From a virus, in the IMG/VR virus record IMGVR_UViG_3300001765_000052: 64,000 nucleotides of DNA. One strand, given 5' to 3'. Below, in pieces: positions 1 through 9,083 of the stretch. The translations under genes and the position numbers were made by a program. Numbering within the stretch: position 1 is the stretch's first letter; each line of letters starts with the position of its first letter. Under the pieces are notes generated by a model. The model worked only from the letters and a program-made list of their open reading frames with translations. It was not told the origin of the DNA and did not search any database.

Positions 1-158
1 AGTAGTAACAAAATATACAATGCCAAAATTCCATTGCCACATTAAAGATAAAAAAGAGTCGCCTACAACGGCTTATGTTTGCCACAATGGAACTTATACG
101 AGTAGCCATTGGTTAACTTAATAAAGTTATGTTAAAATTAATCTAAAAGGAAATTAAA

Positions 159-965
159 ATGTTAAAAATATTTGGTTTACATGATACCGATGAATCCATT
201 AAATCTTTGCAAAGATTATTAAATGAAAAATATAATTTAGATTTAACTGTAGATGGTAACATAGGTAAAATTACCCAAGCTGCTATAGCCAAATACCAAG
301 AAGATAACGGATTAAACGAAATAGATGAACATGGTGTTTGTTATGGTGAAAAAACACAAGAATGTGCTGCACCATTTATTAAAAACAAATATTTAAATGA
401 ACAAGATTTTTCATATGCCGCTAATGTTTTAAAAGTAGAAGTTGCTGCAGTAAAGGCTTTTGCTAAAACTGAATCGAAAGAGTTTGGGTTTTTAAAAGAC
501 GGGTTCCCTATAATTTTATTTGAAAGACATAAATTTTATAAATATATGTCTCAAAAATTAAATAGTGCATCTTTAATAGAATGTTGTAATAAAAATCCAG
601 ATATTTGTAATAAAGAACCTGGTGGTTATATTGGTGGTAAAGGCGAAATATCTAAATATATGAGAGCTAGTGCTATTAATTCTACTGCTGCTATGGCTAG
701 CTGTAGCTGGGGTATGTTTCAAATTTTAGCTGCTAACTATAAAGAATGTGGTTATTCTAGTGTAGAAGAATTTGTAGATGCTATGATGAAGAGTGAAAAA
801 AATCATTTACATGCATTTATAGAATTTATTAAGTCTAATAATGTATTACACCAAGCTCTAATTGATAAGGAATGGAGTACTGTAGCTCGGCTTTATAATG
901 GACCTGCATATTTAAAAAATAAATATGATTCTAAAATGGAAATTGCTTATAAACAGTTTAGTTAA
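159..965 (+). CDS. Modular endolysin: N-terminal peptidoglycan-binding domain + DUF3380-type N-acetylmuramidase
   Basis: LQRLLN..VDGNIGKITQAAIAKYQ (PG_binding_1-like); AFAKTES, ILFERHKF, SCSWGMFQI, ARLYNGPAY motifs. Confidence 0.9.
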   Translation: MLKIFGLHDTDESIKSLQRLLNEKYNLDLTVDGNIGKITQAAIAKYQEDNGLNEIDEHGVCYGEKTQECAAPFIKNKYLNEQDFSYAANVLKVEVAAVKAFAKTESKEFGFLKDGFPIILFERHKFYKYMSQKLNSASLIECCNKNPDICNKEPGGYIGGKGEISKYMRASAINSTAAMASCSWGMFQILAANYKECGYSSVEEFVDAMMKSEKNHLHAFIEFIKSNNVLHQALIDKEWSTVARLYNGPAYLKNKYDSKMEIAYKQFS

Positions 966-970
966 TGTTT

Positions 971-1012
971 ACATAGCTATCATATTCGTGACATCACGAA
1001 TATGATAGCTAC
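971..1012. terminator. Inverted-repeat terminator after the endolysin
   Basis: TAGCTATCATATTCGTG/CACGAATATGATAGCTA. Confidence 0.75.
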
Positions 1013-1135
1013 ATATGCTGTAAACATTTGAATCCAGATTTTTTCAGTCACATATGACTATTTTGATCTTAGTATGGAGTGTCTACTTACGTTAAGGTCT
1101 ATATCCCCAAAGGACGAAGGTTTAAGGAATTTTTT

Positions 1136-1531
1136 ATGTCTTCAATTCTCTGCGCTTCTGGTTCTATCACCAATAACTTCAGCGAGTTGTTGGCCAACAA
1201 TGGCTCCCGCAAAGCGGTGAGGACGTTGTTAGAGATTTGCTGCATTCCCGTGAAGGAATGGATAACACGGTGTGAGCGTCTGGACGACAGTCCAGATGCT
1301 CTCTTCCAGATCAAAATGGAAGGGGAGGACTACCAGTTGATAGTTCCTATCTTTTCATTGGAGGGTGTGCAGGCTCGCCTCACCCGTGAAAACGAGCCTT
1401 GGGATGCGATGGCAGACGGTAGTGACGAGGTATTTGCCTTGGTCACTGACTTGATGCTGGTCTACAGAGGCGAAATGCCCTTGGATGACGTTAGGAAAAA
1501 GTACCCTCAGAAAGAGAAGGATCTTTACTAA
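1136..1531 (+). CDS. Hypothetical protein, GC-richer than the genome, in an early-promoter cassette
   Basis: Track ORF 1079..1531; AAGGA RBS before ATG 1136; promoter motif at about 1033; hairpin 1545..1573. Confidence 0.65.
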   Translation: MSSILCASGSITNNFSELLANNGSRKAVRTLLEICCIPVKEWITRCERLDDSPDALFQIKMEGEDYQLIVPIFSLEGVQARLTRENEPWDAMADGSDEVFALVTDLMLVYRGEMPLDDVRKKYPQKEKDLY

Positions 1532-1661
1532 CCGCTACCCAAACCATGCAGCCCTGCCAACACGGGCTGCATGTTCACTAAGATGTTGGAAAATAAACAT
1601 ATGTTTATTTTTTTTTTTATTTTTTTAATCATTGATATGGTTCAATATTAATGGAAATAAA

Positions 1662-1827
1662 AATGCTTACTAGAGATGAAATTAGAGAAATTTTAATTAC
1701 AAATGGGTTTAAAATATATGAAGGATTGGATGATTTAAAACCATATGTTTATACAGCAGCATATGCTTTAATAGAAGCATACATTAATAAAATATCTGCT
1801 ACTATTGCTACTGAATCTAAAAAATAA
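1662..1827 (+). CDS. Small hypothetical protein (MLTRDEIREILITNGFKI...)
   Basis: About 54-codon ORF with GGA RBS, below the track cut-off; start coordinate approximate. Confidence 0.5.
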
Positions 1828-1973
1828 ACATTGTAAAACAGCAACCTATAATTAAATAATTTACATCATAATACCTACTATCCATTTATTTTGGATAGTA
1901 GGTATTTATTTTGCATTACGGAATTTTTCAGTCGTATATAATAAATCTGGAATACAATTAATGAAAGATTAAA

Positions 1974-2987
1974 ATGATTAATGAAACAGACGAAATATTA
2001 GTACCTGAAGAGCACCCAATATATATCGGATATTATTATATACCGAATAACATGGATCTTGTAATATCTAGAGATGGTAAAGTTATAAATTTAAATACAG
2101 GTAATAAATTAAAAAATAATATAGGCTTTGACGGATACGTAAGAACATCTTATCAATCAATTGATAAAATAAAAAGTTATAAAATTCATAGACTTTTAGC
2201 AGAAACATTTATTGGTCGTCCGCATAGACATAAAGATAAATCATTTGATATATTAGAAACTAATCATATTGACGGTGATAAATCGAATTATACATTAACA
2301 AATTTAGAATGGGTTACTACATCTGAAAACCAAATACACGCAATAACTATAGGGTTAACAAATTATAGACGTGTTCTAGCTAGAAACATACAAACTGGTG
2401 TAATTAGTGAATATGGTTGTGTTAATTTTTGCGCTGAGGAATTTGATATAAATGCAGATGGTTTGAGGCGGCATTTAAAATCTTCACTTGCTGGAACCAT
2501 AACCAAAAAATGGAATGTATTTAAATATGACGATGGTCAATTATGGCCCGCGCTAAAAAATAAAAATTATCATGAAAACAATTGGGATGTAGATTATGGT
2601 GTGTGGTATGTAACTAATGTTAGTACAGGATTTACATTCATATTTCACACATTGAATGATGCAGCTAAAGAGCACGGATTTACTGTTTCCGCTGTAAGTT
2701 CTGCAAGACTTAAATATGGTGAAAGTGTACCATATAAAGGGTATTTATTTACATACGATCACCAACCAACAGCCCATATACTTAAACAATTACCTGCTAG
2801 AGCTAAAAATGCCAGAGCTAAAGGTGTTCCTCTAAAAGTAACAAACACGGTAACCGGGGAGATATTTAATTATCCAAGTACTTATAGTGCTTCTAGAGAA
2901 TTAAATATAACAACTGGTCGGATAGAATTTGCTTTTATTAATCGTGAAGGTATTGTCGATAATTATAAATTTGAAAAAATTATTTGA
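1974..2987 (+). CDS. Free-standing HNH homing endonuclease with C-terminal NUMOD1/IENR1-like repeats
   Basis: HRLLAETFI...NHIDGDKSNY...NLEWVTTSENQIHA; own promoter motif at about 1920. Confidence 0.9.
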   Translation: MINETDEILVPEEHPIYIGYYYIPNNMDLVISRDGKVINLNTGNKLKNNIGFDGYVRTSYQSIDKIKSYKIHRLLAETFIGRPHRHKDKSFDILETNHIDGDKSNYTLTNLEWVTTSENQIHAITIGLTNYRRVLARNIQTGVISEYGCVNFCAEEFDINADGLRRHLKSSLAGTITKKWNVFKYDDGQLWPALKNKNYHENNWDVDYGVWYVTNVSTGFTFIFHTLNDAAKEHGFTVSAVSSARLKYGESVPYKGYLFTYDHQPTAHILKQLPARAKNARAKGVPLKVTNTVTGEIFNYPSTYSASRELNITTGRIEFAFINREGIVDNYKFEKII

Positions 2988-2990
2988 TGT

Positions 2991-3030
2991 TAATAATAGA
3001 CAATTGGAATATTCCAATTGTCTATTATTA
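2991..3030. terminator. Bidirectional terminator between the HNH gene and the polymerase/ribozyme transcript
   Basis: Palindrome TAATAATAGACAATTGGAATATTCCAATTGTCTATTATTA. Confidence 0.8.
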
Positions 3031-3331
3031 ATTATTTTATTTTTAAGCTTCTACACATCTCTGTGTAGAACAGACCATATCTTCACCCTTCTATTGCTAG
3101 TTAGGGTGTCTCCCATTTCCCTACCACTTGGCAGGTACGAGCAGCTACGCTCTGGCCGTTGAGCCTTACCCATATCTTTCGACTTAGGGTCTTGGTTGCT
3201 GATTGACTCTACCTAATATTTTTCAAACATATCATAACCTGCTTTCGCGGATATTGTAGTATATTAGTTTAGCAAGTTATTCCAGCAATTAAAGAGATTA
3301 TCTTCTGTAATATTACTATTACAGGACGCTA
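3027..3331 (-). ncRNA. Group I (IA2-like) ribozyme core without its own splice sites, overlapping the DNA polymerase stop codon
   Basis: Minus strand: P2 CUGUAAUA-GUAA-UAUUACAG, P AAUUGCUGGAA (3290-3280), Q AAUCAGCA, R CUCAACGGCCA, S AAGAUAUGGUCU (P7 GGCCA/UGGUC), P7.1/P7.2, P8, P9 hairpin 3070-3049, then a terminator. Confidence 0.9.
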
Positions 3332-3536
3332 GTATTTGTTTTTTCAAATTCAGTTAAAAGCATATCGAGTGAGGGTAATTTAAATAGACTACAAGCGATC
3401 TCTACTGAATTAGTAAAACCACCTGATAAATTTATCCCACTCATTCTTCTAGCTCTATCTTCTATTGAATCTATCTGTATTAATTCTCTACTGGTAGTTT
3501 CTTTAGATATGTTAAAACAAATACCCCCGTTCGGGT
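3319..3536 (-). CDS. DNA polymerase subunit, exon 3 ((Y)PNGGICFNISKETTSREL...TNTSVL*)
   Basis: Open frame with no start codon; completes motif A after removal of 3537..3586. Confidence 0.85.
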
Positions 3537-3586
3537 CTTTCGTGTTAAAATAAATTAATTAATTTATTCAGCTATTTAGAAAGTTA
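3537..3586 (-). other. 50-nt mini-intron with group I-type termini (exon U | UAA...GAAAG) and no catalytic core
   Basis: Removal joins T|AC into a Tyr codon and restores DLDVSSSYPNG and the frame. Confidence 0.85.
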
Positions 3587-3702
3587 ACGAGCTACTTACG
3601 TCCAAGTCAGCTGTAAATGCTCTGATGTTTGTACTTAGATTTGGATTCTCTTCTACAATCTTTAAACCATTATCTGCCACCATGTGCGCAGGAAGCATCA
3701 CG
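3587..3702 (-). CDS. DNA polymerase subunit, exon 2 (VMLPAHMVADNG...TADLDVSSS)
   Basis: 116 nt; phase-compatible with both flanking exons. Confidence 0.85.
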
Positions 3703-5416
3703 CTTTGTTTCCGGATCAGTTCGTTATTCTGAACCCGTTGTCTACAAAAGTGACAACTGCTATATGTCTCCATATAGAAAAGACTATATCATTACCCTAT
3801 ATCTATCGTAGGGTAGTTACTATTTCCACTCACTTGAGTGTACTCCCTCTCGGGATAGTCGTTGAACCTTACCCATATCCTAACTGGACTTAGGGTCTTG
3901 GCTGCTGATTGACTCTACCTTACTATTTTCAAACTGTGGCTTTGATTTTCATCTAGCAGTAGTTAGTAAGTCTAGCGAGTGGTTCCAGCAATTAAATAAC
4001 TTGTCATTCGTTAATTACTTAACGAAGGGGCCATCTGTTCTAGTTGTTTAATTCATAAAAAGACAAATTTTTACCTTTAATTTTTCTAATTCCATGACAC
4101 GTCTTTTCAATCTGGGCTATTGAACTATTTAATTCTTTAGCTGCTATTTTAGACGATGCATAGAAAGCGATTTCATTTCCATTCTCATCTCTAGATATTA
4201 TTCCTCTACCACCGGTAGTCGGAAATTCTCTATAGATAAGAAGCTCTTTATCAGAAAACACAGGCCACTCTATATTAAGAGTTTTGTATTTGAAAATAAA
4301 ACCATGTAAAGGTCGAGAACGAACACCGTTTACGTGTTCTCGGATTGCTGTTATATGCACCCCAGTACCATCTGAAGCAGAATCTATTCCTGAGAAAATT
4401 ATTATTTCACCACTGAATATATCTTTAGCCATAACAGTGAAATAACCACCAGAGTTTTTTATTCTCTGATCGGTTATCGGCCAATCCTTTTCTACTTTCC
4501 GTTTAAATATCCAACCATCTTCATAAAAGTATCTACGTTGTTCGTTTAATCTATTAGAAATAACCTGTGGAGAAATATTAGTTTCTTTTGAGGCTTTTTC
4601 CAGTGACATGAATTCAAACGTAATTCCAGTTATTAAATTTTTAGCTGATACAGGAATTGTGCTATTAGGCATAAGTCCATAATCTAATGCATGTTGGTTA
4701 TTTTGGGAATATGTTACCCATTCTAAATTATCTAGATTGTCAAATCCGGGAATTCCATTTTTATGATTGATTACTAATTTAAATGGACTTTTCGGATAAT
4801 GTATAAAAGTCAAACCAAGTGCCCTATGCCGAGAAATGTTTTTTGACTTCTCGTTATCCGAATTAGCCCACGCTTTAGCGTATCCACCTTTAATATTTTT
4901 CTTTTCTTGGTATTTAGTAAAGCACCAAGATTGAAAACTATCGTTTCTTATACTGTACAATATTCCTTCTTTTGAAATAGCGTATCTAGTATAATAAGGA
5001 ACATAATAAAACCCAGGTTTGTTTTCTAATTCAATTGGGCCATTATTGAAACCATAATAAATATTGATAGTATTTGTGTTATTTGGATTCTCATCGATAT
5101 AACGTGCTTCGATTCTATTCCATAAACACGTTGGTAGATTAACTGAATATTTAACTATTGCTATTATTACTCCTAACTCGTAATATTTTGCACCGTCTAC
5201 CCATTCTATCCAAACTTTTTTACACCTATCTATTTTTATGACTTCAATTAGGTTTTCATTTGAATCAAAAATATCTCCAAATTTATTTAGGTAATATCTT
5301 CCGTTACTAAACGGCAAAACTTTCTTTTCTTCAAAATAAAACATACGAAACCTTAATTGTAGATTATCATACAATATATATTAAGGTCTCATAAAATATG
5401 TTAAGAACAATTTAAA
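3703..5416 (-). mobile_element. Group I intron (IA2-like, 1714 nt) with HNH gene in the P1 loop
   Basis: P AAUUGCUGGAA (3993-3983), Q AAUCAGCAG, R GUUCAACGACUA, S GAUAUAGUCU; 5' exon GGGU pairs IGS GCCC (4031-4028); ends CAAAG; splicing gives SGWV-VMLPAH. Confidence 0.92.
4040..5344 (-). CDS. Intron-encoded HNH homing endonuclease with NUMOD1/IENR1-like repeats
   Basis: SRHRALGLTFI..VINHKNGIPG..NLEWVTYSQNNQHA; ATG 5344 preceded by AAGG (track start 5374). Confidence 0.9.
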   Translation of the reverse strand: MFYFEEKKVLPFSNGRYYLNKFGDIFDSNENLIEVIKIDRCKKVWIEWVDGAKYYELGVIIAIVKYSVNLPTCLWNRIEARYIDENPNNTNTINIYYGFNNGPIELENKPGFYYVPYYTRYAISKEGILYSIRNDSFQSWCFTKYQEKKNIKGGYAKAWANSDNEKSKNISRHRALGLTFIHYPKSPFKLVINHKNGIPGFDNLDNLEWVTYSQNNQHALDYGLMPNSTIPVSAKNLITGITFEFMSLEKASKETNISPQVISNRLNEQRRYFYEDGWIFKRKVEKDWPITDQRIKNSGGYFTVMAKDIFSGEIIIFSGIDSASDGTGVHITAIREHVNGVRSRPLHGFIFKYKTLNIEWPVFSDKELLIYREFPTTGGRGIISRDENGNEIAFYASSKIAAKELNSSIAQIEKTCHGIRKIKGKNLSFYELNN

Positions 5417-6762
5417 ACCCACCCCGATAAACTTGTAGTTTCTGTATCTACATCTTCTTTCATTTCACCACTTGTAGACCCTATTACTTTACCATTCTTT
5501 AAACAAAAATGGTGAAGTGAATCGATTAAACGTTTAGGTTGACTATTGAAATTATTATAATCGCTACAACCTGAAAACATAGGCAAAGAAAGGGATAAAT
5601 CGTTTGTTTTTTCATCTAACATCTCCATTGATATACAGTCAAACATATTATAAACTATATATTCTAGTTTATAATTCTTTTGCATAACCTGGTGCCATTT
5701 TAAACCAGTATATTCATCAGCTTCCTTAAATCTTAATTTACCAATATCGAGTTCTTTACCAAGAATAGCATCCAATGAATAACTTTTTTCTTCAGGTGAA
5801 CCCGTTCTAATTTTCTTATATGCACACATGGCATCTATCCAATAAAAAGAAGATGGTGCAAATACACTGTGCCATCTATCACTGGGTTTATAAGAAATAA
5901 CCACACCAGATGCAGTAGTTTTTTTAGGTAAACCTTCTTTATATTTAAAGTATTTGTATTCTGGTGGTACACTGGGGTCACTCATTATTTCTGCTATATT
6001 GGCACCAGCTCTATCACATGCACTAACTATTTTACCCATATCGAAAGAAAGATTCCACACAGATAAAAAATCTGGCATCCATTCATGAGCTTTTGCTATA
6101 GATACTTTAACTACATCTATTTCGCTTGGGACTATAACAATCTGTGCCTTTATTTTTCTTTTCTCGAAAATTTCTGATAGGTATTTGGTACATAGCATTT
6201 TTACTTTTTGCTCTACATCAATAAACCCTTTTACAAATGATTCTTGTACTACAGTAATAAGTTTATCTTTGAATGACACTGTAGCCATTATGATTTGTTC
6301 AGTGCCATTGATAACATCTGTTTCAGTATCAAATACGGCATTGGTGCTAGGTGTAGTAACATCCCACTTATCTTTATATTTTTGTTTAATAATAGCGGTA
6401 GATGAAATATCTGTTCCATAAATAAATGGAGATTCTTGTAATTCCCTCATTCCTTTTTTAAACCATGGTTTACCTATAGATCTAGCAACGGAATTAACCA
6501 GATTTCTTTGAGTAGATTTAAATTGATCTAATTCATCTATACTAGCCCACTCCTTCTTGGAGGTATGGTTTTGTAAGCCTTTCTTTGTAATATAGTAGTC
6601 GCGCTGAAAATTTGAAATCTGCCTTAGGTTGGGTTTAGTGCTACCGTCCGGGTTATGGATGATTTCCTTGACTACATGTAGATCATTATATGGATCTGCA
6701 TTTGACTTAACGTAAGTTGCGAAGCGGCATTCTATGATGGGCTCTGGCGTTTTGGTTTCCAT
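5417..6762 (-). CDS. phiKZ-type split family-B DNA polymerase subunit (3'-5' exonuclease + motif A; gp82-like), exon 1; spliced product 559 aa
   Basis: ExoI VFDTETD, ExoII WNLSFDM, ExoIII YNMFD; exons 1346+116+218 = 1680 nt. Confidence 0.88.
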
Positions 6763-6830
6763 ACTGTTTTCCTTTTGTCTAATTTCTCACAAAGAATTAG
6801 GCTTATTTATATTTTTAAACTGGGTAAAAA

Positions 6831-8150
6831 ATGAGAGAAAAATTAATGCAATATGATATTGCAAACGAAACAATTGATTTCCAGGATGGTAAACTATTTA
6901 AGAATTTAACTGCACAGATAGAAGAAATTCGTTCAGTTAATACAGGTACAAATGTACCTATACTTTTTTCCGAACCATTTGAAAAACTTAGCAAACTTAT
7001 TCAAAGTGAAACTGGGTTAGATGTCAATTTTGAATCCGGCGACGGATTCGCAGTGCTGTTTCCTACAATGAGCAATAACCATACGCTGCTTGATAACTAT
7101 TATAAGGAGTTACTTGAACAATACAAAACATATAATGATAGTTTTGCAGATGTGCGTTTAGTGCTTAAAAATATGAATGCTAAAATAATAAATGGATCAG
7201 TGTCTCTAAATGATTCCATGGTTACTGGTGTATTTACTAAAATCCCAATAACAATGATAATGGTTAACACTATGTTTAATAAAAATTGCAACTACACTTC
7301 AGCCGAAGTAGCTGCTATAATGCTGCATGAAATTGGGCATATTTTTACAGGTATGGAATTTTTATCCAGAACTATTACAACTAACCAAGTTTTAGCTAGT
7401 ATGACAAGAGCGTTAGATAAAACTGTTCCAAGTAATGATCGAGATGTCATATTTGCAAAAGGGATCGAGTTACTAAAACTCGATGATGATCAAAGACAAG
7501 CTTTATTAAATAATAAAGATAAAAAAACATTAGCAATTATTGTGCTAGATGCAAATATTAAATTATCAGTTAGTGAATTAGGTAAAAGTATTTATGATGT
7601 TAACTCATGTGAACAGTTAGCGGATATGTTTGCTGCCAGGCACGGTGCAGGTAGGGAAATGGTTACTGCACTTGATAAATTATACACTGAGTTCGATAAT
7701 GATGGTAGTATATCTTACAATGGCTATGTTCTTCGGGCGTCTTTAATTGTAGGTTTATTTGGTTTACCAAATATAATTGTTTCACTTAGTCTAGTTGGTG
7801 CTGTATGGTTTATAGGTTTTTGTTTTATGACTTTACTTATGAATAAAGAATGCGATACTTACGATAGTCCAAAGGCAAGAGCTAATAGAATCAAGATGCA
7901 AAATATTGAGCTTTTAAAAGACAAAAAAATAAGCAAAGAAAGAAAGCAATCTGTAATAGAAACAAATATTATAATTGACAAGGTTATTGAAAATTATAGT
8001 GATAATCTAGGTTTCTATGAAACACTTGCTTATTATTTAAAACCTAGTTACAGAAATGCACATAAATATCAACTTCTCCAGCAAGACCTGGAAAAGCTTG
8101 CTGGAAATTCATTATTTGAAACATCAGCTAAACTATCTTTATTATCCTAA
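6831..8150 (+). CDS. Virion-associated zincin-like metallopeptidase with a hydrophobic segment
   Basis: AAIMLHEIGH (HExxH), EQLADMFAARHG; position in the phiKZ-like virion block. Confidence 0.7.
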   Translation: MREKLMQYDIANETIDFQDGKLFKNLTAQIEEIRSVNTGTNVPILFSEPFEKLSKLIQSETGLDVNFESGDGFAVLFPTMSNNHTLLDNYYKELLEQYKTYNDSFADVRLVLKNMNAKIINGSVSLNDSMVTGVFTKIPITMIMVNTMFNKNCNYTSAEVAAIMLHEIGHIFTGMEFLSRTITTNQVLASMTRALDKTVPSNDRDVIFAKGIELLKLDDDQRQALLNNKDKKTLAIIVLDANIKLSVSELGKSIYDVNSCEQLADMFAARHGAGREMVTALDKLYTEFDNDGSISYNGYVLRASLIVGLFGLPNIIVSLSLVGAVWFIGFCFMTLLMNKECDTYDSPKARANRIKMQNIELLKDKKISKERKQSVIETNIIIDKVIENYSDNLGFYETLAYYLKPSYRNAHKYQLLQQDLEKLAGNSLFETSAKLSLLS

Positions 8151-8249
8151 TTTAATTATATTCAATCCTATATTACTACAATGAAATAACTATATTGTTT
8201 ACTGCAACTGCAAAATCATCCACCATTTATTTTTTTAGGAATTTTAATT

Positions 8250-8714
8250 ATGATTAATACAGAATATATAAATTTACAATCTTTCCTCAGAGAAAAGATT
8301 AAAGATGTTAGCATCAATAAAAAAGCAACCAGTATTGCTTTAGGCATTGCTATTTCTAGAATGATGCCACTACCGACATCTAATGTAGTTTCTCCGGATA
8401 CACATTATTCTAATGCAGTTGTTTATACTGCTAATTTAATAGCATGTGAATTCAATGAAAATATTGTTATCGATATCGATTTAGTAGGTCAAACTGCTAG
8501 AAGTTATTGGATGATCAGATACACATATGCATATCCTGATATTGATGTACCTATGTTAGCTATTGGTGAATTTGGGTTCATATCTAAGATTAACAATGTG
8601 GGCAGATATATCAATGTAGATACTTATAAATTTTGCGACACTAATTCAGAACTAATGGTCGTTTTAGTTAACAGGCTCGTCCGGTTACTTAAAGATAAAA
8701 ATACTACAAACTAG
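8250..8714 (+). CDS. Putative virion protein
   Basis: RBS AGGA; located in the structural block. Confidence 0.55.
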   Translation: MINTEYINLQSFLREKIKDVSINKKATSIALGIAISRMMPLPTSNVVSPDTHYSNAVVYTANLIACEFNENIVIDIDLVGQTARSYWMIRYTYAYPDIDVPMLAIGEFGFISKINNVGRYINVDTYKFCDTNSELMVVLVNRLVRLLKDKNTTN

Positions 8715-8792
8715 AATTTTTCAGTCACATATCACTAATTTGAATAGGTTACAATAAATGTCTTTATTGGCTGTGTTCAACGGAGTATAAAA

Positions 8793-9029
8793 ATGATTGA
8801 GTTTGTAAATGATACACAGTCCTATTTATTTCAAAGTATGTGTGTATTACTAAAAGAGCCAAGTGAAATCCCGGGCTCTTTTTCTGTTAATAACTTCATC
8901 AAAAATGGTGAATTTGAGTATGCAAACCCGAGCGATGAGCTCATTTATATCCACCCACAGGGTGGGAAGAAAGACTGGGTTGAAAATCGCGGTATCAACC
9001 CGCCCGCCACAGTGTGGGAAGAAATGTAA
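8793..9029 (+). CDS. Small hypothetical protein in an early-promoter cassette
   Basis: Promoter motif 8712, RBS GGAG, hairpin 9030..9069. Confidence 0.6.
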   Translation: MIEFVNDTQSYLFQSMCVLLKEPSEIPGSFSVNNFIKNGEFEYANPSDELIYIHPQGGKKDWVENRGINPPATVWEEM

Positions 9030-9083
9030 CATATACAGGCTACAGTGCAATTGCACTGTAGCCTGTATGCTGTATTTTATTTT

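Noticed and set aside
3134-3148. GCUCGUACC in ribozyme P7.1/P7.2 matching the spliced junction
   Set aside because: GUAC is also present at this position in intron 1 and GCUC is a stem arm; probably coincidence.
3537-3586. T4 gene 60-style 50-nt translational bypass
   Set aside because: The only plausible take-off/landing pair (TTC before TAA, then TTT) gives SSSLTFNTKDPNG and loses the motif A Tyr; U|...G splicing restores it exactly.
3576-3893. Track ORFs 3576..3773, 3629..3811, 3684..3893 and 2929..3162 as independent genes
   Set aside because: They overlap ribozyme cores; only 3587..3702 is coding, as exon 2.
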